A model generated the notes under the pieces. The model had not been told where the DNA came from and did no database searches. It saw only the letters and a program-made list of their open reading frames with translations. The translations under genes and the position numbers were made by a program. Shown here in pieces: positions 60,479 to 64,000 of a stretch of 64,000 bases of DNA. The DNA is from an uncultured Chloroflexia bacterium (GTDB lineage Bacteria > Chloroflexota > Limnocylindria > Limnocylindrales > CSP1-4): positions 160,001 through 224,000 of the forward strand of contig CAVPPB010000001.1 in the NCBI GenBank assembly GCA_963707215.1, given 5' to 3'. How positions within the stretch are numbered: position 1 is the first letter of the stretch; each line of letters opens with the position of its first letter.

Positions 60479-61990
60479 CGGGCCGGACCCGTGTCGGCGG
60501 CAGTCGGATCGTCGAGCGCTTCGACGAGCTCGTCGACGAGGCGATCAAGCTCGGCGCCGCGCGAGGCCTTGACGAGGGCGACGTCGCCGGGGCGCAGGAA
60601 ACCCTGGAGCAGGTCGAGCGCTGCTGCCCGGTCGGCCACGGCTGACACCTGGTTCGCCGCTAGACCGCTCGCCAGCGCCGCCTCGGCGATGGTCCCGGCG
60701 AGCGGTCCGACCGTCACCAGGACGTCGACGATCGCCGCCGCCCTGACACCGACGTCACGGTGGGCGACCTCGCTGTCGCCGCCCAACTCCAACATCTCGC
60801 CGAGTACGGCGATCCTCCGTCCCGGCAGGTCGCCCAGCAGCCCCAGGGCTGCCACGACCGCGCCTGGCGAAGCGTTGTAGCTGTCGTCGACGATCGTCAC
60901 TCCGCCGGCTCGCCTGAGCACGCCTCGATGGGGCGCCGTCCAGCCGGACCGCAGCCCCTCCGCGATGGCACCAGGATCGACCCCGGCGGCCAGCCCGACG
61001 GCGGCAGCGGCCAGGGCGTTGTGGACCGCCATCCGGCCAAGGCCGGGGACCGCGATCGCCGTCCTCGTCGGCCCGGCCCGGAGGGTGAACCGCATCCCTT
61101 CGAAGCCGGCCGAAGTGACGCCCTCGGCGGTGACATCGGCGTCGGCGGCGAAGCCGTAGGTGAGGATCCGGGCAGCGGTGCGCTCGGCCATCCCAAGCAC
61201 CCGTGGGTCGTCCGCGTTGAGGACTGCGGTACCGTCACCGGGAAGCGCCTCGACGAGCTCGGCCTTGGCGTCCTCGATGGCCTCGAGGGAGCCGATCCTC
61301 GACAGGTGCACGCCCTGGACCGCCGTGACCACACCGATCGCCGGCCGGGCGATGCGGGCCAGGTCCGCGATCTCACCCCCGACGTACATGCCCATCTCAA
61401 GGACGGCCGCCCGGTGCTCCGGACGCAGGGCCAGCACGGTGAGCGGCAGCCCGATCTCGTTGTTGCGGTTGCCGGGGCTCCGAAGGGTCGACATCACCGA
61501 GGTCAGGACCGACGCCGTCGCCTCCTTGACCGACGTCTTGGCGATCGATCCCGTCACCGCGACGACGAGCGGGTCGAAGCGGCGGCGCCAGGCGGCGGCC
61601 AGCGCCTGGAGCGCCAGCAGTCCGTCGGCGACGCGGACGATCGACACCGATCCGAGGGCCACGAGCAGGTCCGCCTCCAGCGGCCGCGACACGACGACCG
61701 CCGAGGCCCCCCGGGCGGCGGCGGCCTCGAGGTAGCGATGACCGTCGGTCCGCTCGCCCGGCAGGGCGATGAAGACCTGGTCCGGCTCGACCTCGCGCGA
61801 GTCGACGGCTGCTCCGCGGATCGGCGCGGTCGACCGCTCGAACGAGAGAGCCGCCGCTGATCCGGGCGACCTCGTCGGGCGTGAAGGACGGCTCGGCCGA
61901 GCCCCCCGGTGACGGCGGTCGCGCCTCGGGCATCCGGGCCAGTGTCGCATACGGGCCGCCGGGGTCGCCGTCGCCCGGCCCGGCCATCAC
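60475..61990 (-). CDS. murF: UDP-MurNAc-tripeptide-D-Ala-D-Ala ligase, with a +1 frameshift near 61841 (start 61990 or 61933)
   Basis: DSR, DGH, VTGSIAKTS, NNEIGLP, EMGM, DDSYNASP, GEMLELG, KASRG; N-term FTPDEVARISGG is in the adjacent frame. Confidence 0.9.
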
Positions 61991-63845
61991 GGGCTGACCG
62001 CGTCGGCGGGAGCCGCGTCGGCCGGGCCGAGCTCGGTAGGCATCGCATGCGGATCAGGAAGGTCGAGGATCGACATCGCGTTGGTGGCCACCCGACGGAA
62101 CAGCTCGAACGACATGACCGGGAGCTCGATGAAGCCGCGGCGGATCACCGACGGCTCGGGCCTCCTCGATCCGGATCGCCACGATCAGCTCCGGCTGACC
62201 CCGGCCGATGAACCCGACGAACGAGTAGTTGAAGAGGTTGCGCTTCCAGCCACCGCGGCCCTCGTTGGCCTTGGGATCCCAGATCTGTGCGGTGCCGGTC
62301 TTGCCGCCGACCAGGTAGCCCGGAACGAGGGTCCGATCCCGGTAGAAGTCGACCTCGGTGACGACGTGGGTCATCAGACCGGTCAGGTCGCTCGACAGCT
62401 CGGGCGTGACGAGACCGGTCGCGCGTGCAGTCGGCACGGTGTCCCGGTCGCCGATGCCGAGGACGGCGTGAGGCTGGACCAGGGTGCCGCCGTTGACCAT
62501 CGCCGAGAAGGCTGCGGCCAGCTGGATCGGCGTGACGGCGACCCCCTGCCCGAAGGTCCCGTTGGCCAGGTCGATCTGGCGCCACGGGACGATCGTCGGG
62601 TCGCGGACGATGCCCCCGACCTCCCCCGCGACATCGATCCCCGTGGGGGCCCCGAAGCCGAAGCGACGCCAGGTGTCGTGCAGCACCACGGCCGACTCGC
62701 GGGTCGTCTCGCCGAAGTCGAGGGCGACGCGGGCGACCCCGACGTTGCGGGAGTAGGCGACGATGTCCTCGAAGGCCAGCCAACCCATCGCCCGGCCGTC
62801 GGCATCCTCGACCTGGGTCTTGCCGTTGTCGAGCTTGAGGGCGACCGGAGTCGTTGACCTTCGTCTTCAGGCCGACCGTGCCACGGTCCAGGGCGGCCAC
62901 GGCGGTCAGCATCTTGAAGACCGAGCCCGGTTCATAGACCTCGCTGACCACCGGGTCGATGAACCGCTCGGGCGCCTCGGTCGCGACCTCGCGGTAGGCG
63001 TTGCCGTCATACGACGGATAGGTCGCCGATGCCAGCACCTCGCCGGTGAAGGGATCCATCACGACGGCCGATACCTTCCTGGCCTCGTCGGCGAGCTGGG
63101 TGGCCAGGACCTCCTGCTCGACCGCCAGCTGGAGGCTCGCGTCGATCGTCAGGCGGACATCCTCGCCGGGGACCCCCGGATCGACGACCCGGGTGGTGTC
63201 CGGGATAGGGTTGCCGTTGGCATCACGCTGGGCGACGGTGACCCGGGGGAGCCCGCCCAGGACGTCCTGGTAGCGCTGCTCGACGCCGTACTGGCCCTCG
63301 CCTTCCCGGTTCACGAACCCGAGGAGGTGGGCCGCGAGCGTCGTGTCCGGGGCGCCGCCAGGCTGCGGGTAGACTCGGACCGGCTCCTCCTCGAGGGCCA
63401 CGGCGACCACCCGGCCGGCAGCGTCCGCGTCGCGGATGCGCTGGGCTGTTTCCTCGTCGATATCGCGGGCGAGGACGACATAGGCACGCTCACCGAGCAT
63501 CCGCTCGGTCAGCGTCCTGGCCCGCTCCTCATCAAGGTCGAGCAGATCGACGAGCTCCTCGGCGACCTCGAGACGTCGGACCCGCGTCAGCTGGTCGGGC
63601 GAGGCCGCCAGACGGTAGTGATCGATCGTGGTGGCGAGGACGACCGTGCCGCTTCGATCGTAGACCGTCCCACGCCGGGCGGGCATCTCCGCCCGGATCG
63701 TCGTCTGCTCCTCGGCCTGGGCCGCCAGCCGCCCTCGCTCCACGACCTGCCATTGGCCGAGGCGCACGAAGAGCGCCCCTGCGGCCACCACGAAGGCGAC
63801 CAGCAGGAGCAGGAGGCGACGGCGCGAGTCCGTCCGTCCCAGCAT
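61987..63845 (-). CDS. ftsI: Class B penicillin-binding protein FtsI, with two +1 frameshifts (~62840 and ~62159)
   Basis: TM anchor, RGTVYDR, GVEQRY, LTID, SxxK (EPGSVFK), SxN (YSRN), KTG (GKTGTAQ) spread over three frames; stop at 61989-61987. Confidence 0.9.
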
Positions 63846-63860
63846 CGTCAGGCGATGGCG

Positions 63861-64000
63861 CTACTTGGCTTCCAGGACGATCGGATCGGTCAGCTGGCCC
63901 AGCCCCAGGTCGAGGGCGAGCTTGCGGACCGCCGGCTCCCGGCCGAGGCGGTTGAGGTCGGAGACGAGGCTCCGCTGCTGATCCTCGAGCCGGTCGCGCT
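63861..64000 (-). CDS. ftsL: C-terminal part of a probable FtsL (5' end beyond the right edge)
   Basis: RDRLEDQQRSLVSDLNRLGREPAVRKLALDLGL...: coiled coil plus the AxxLGL tail, immediately upstream of ftsI. Confidence 0.6.
   Translation of the reverse strand, partial: RDRLEDQQRSLVSDLNRLGREPAVRKLALDLGLGQLTDPIVLEAK

Noticed and set aside
61830-62845. Programmed ribosomal frameshifting or phase variation in murF/ftsI
   Set aside because: No slippery heptamers, and runs are only 2-3 nt; the same error pattern occurs in unrelated genes.

Overview
Very GC-rich bacterial chromosomal window, almost all core genome. I found no IS, prophage, integrase, CRISPR array or rRNA. From left to right it contains: (i) a signalling operon on the minus strand, with a MinD/ParA-like ATPase, two tandem orphan Cys-rich substrate-binding lipoproteins, and a Cache-HAMP-PAS-PAS histidine kinase running off the left edge; (ii) a de novo purine operon purA-D-B-C-S-Q-L-F-M plus a PurN-PurH fusion, lacking purE/purK and preceded by a ~210-nt structured leader; (iii) ssb, rsmI and a split glutaminase + NadE NAD synthetase; (iv) two convergent Dpp/Opp ABC operons, the first with a circularly permuted binding protein; (v) an ECF sigma/ZAS anti-sigma pair; (vi) gcvT-H-PA-PB, a NUDIX hydrolase, a DUF2520 (PanG-like) protein and aconitase; (vii) tRNA-Val(CAC) and a dcw cluster (ftsL-ftsI-murF-mraY-murD-ftsW-murG-murB-ddl-ftsQ-sbp-ftsA-yjbQ-ftsZ-yggS-yggT-yggU) lacking murE and murC. 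Five single-base insertions frameshift four genes and are most likely assembly errors. Gene content suggests a monoderm, possibly Chloroflexota (inference only). The best novelty candidates are the ATPase/SBP/kinase module, the circularly permuted DppA and the purA leader RNA. All calls come from reading motifs by eye; no database searches were run.
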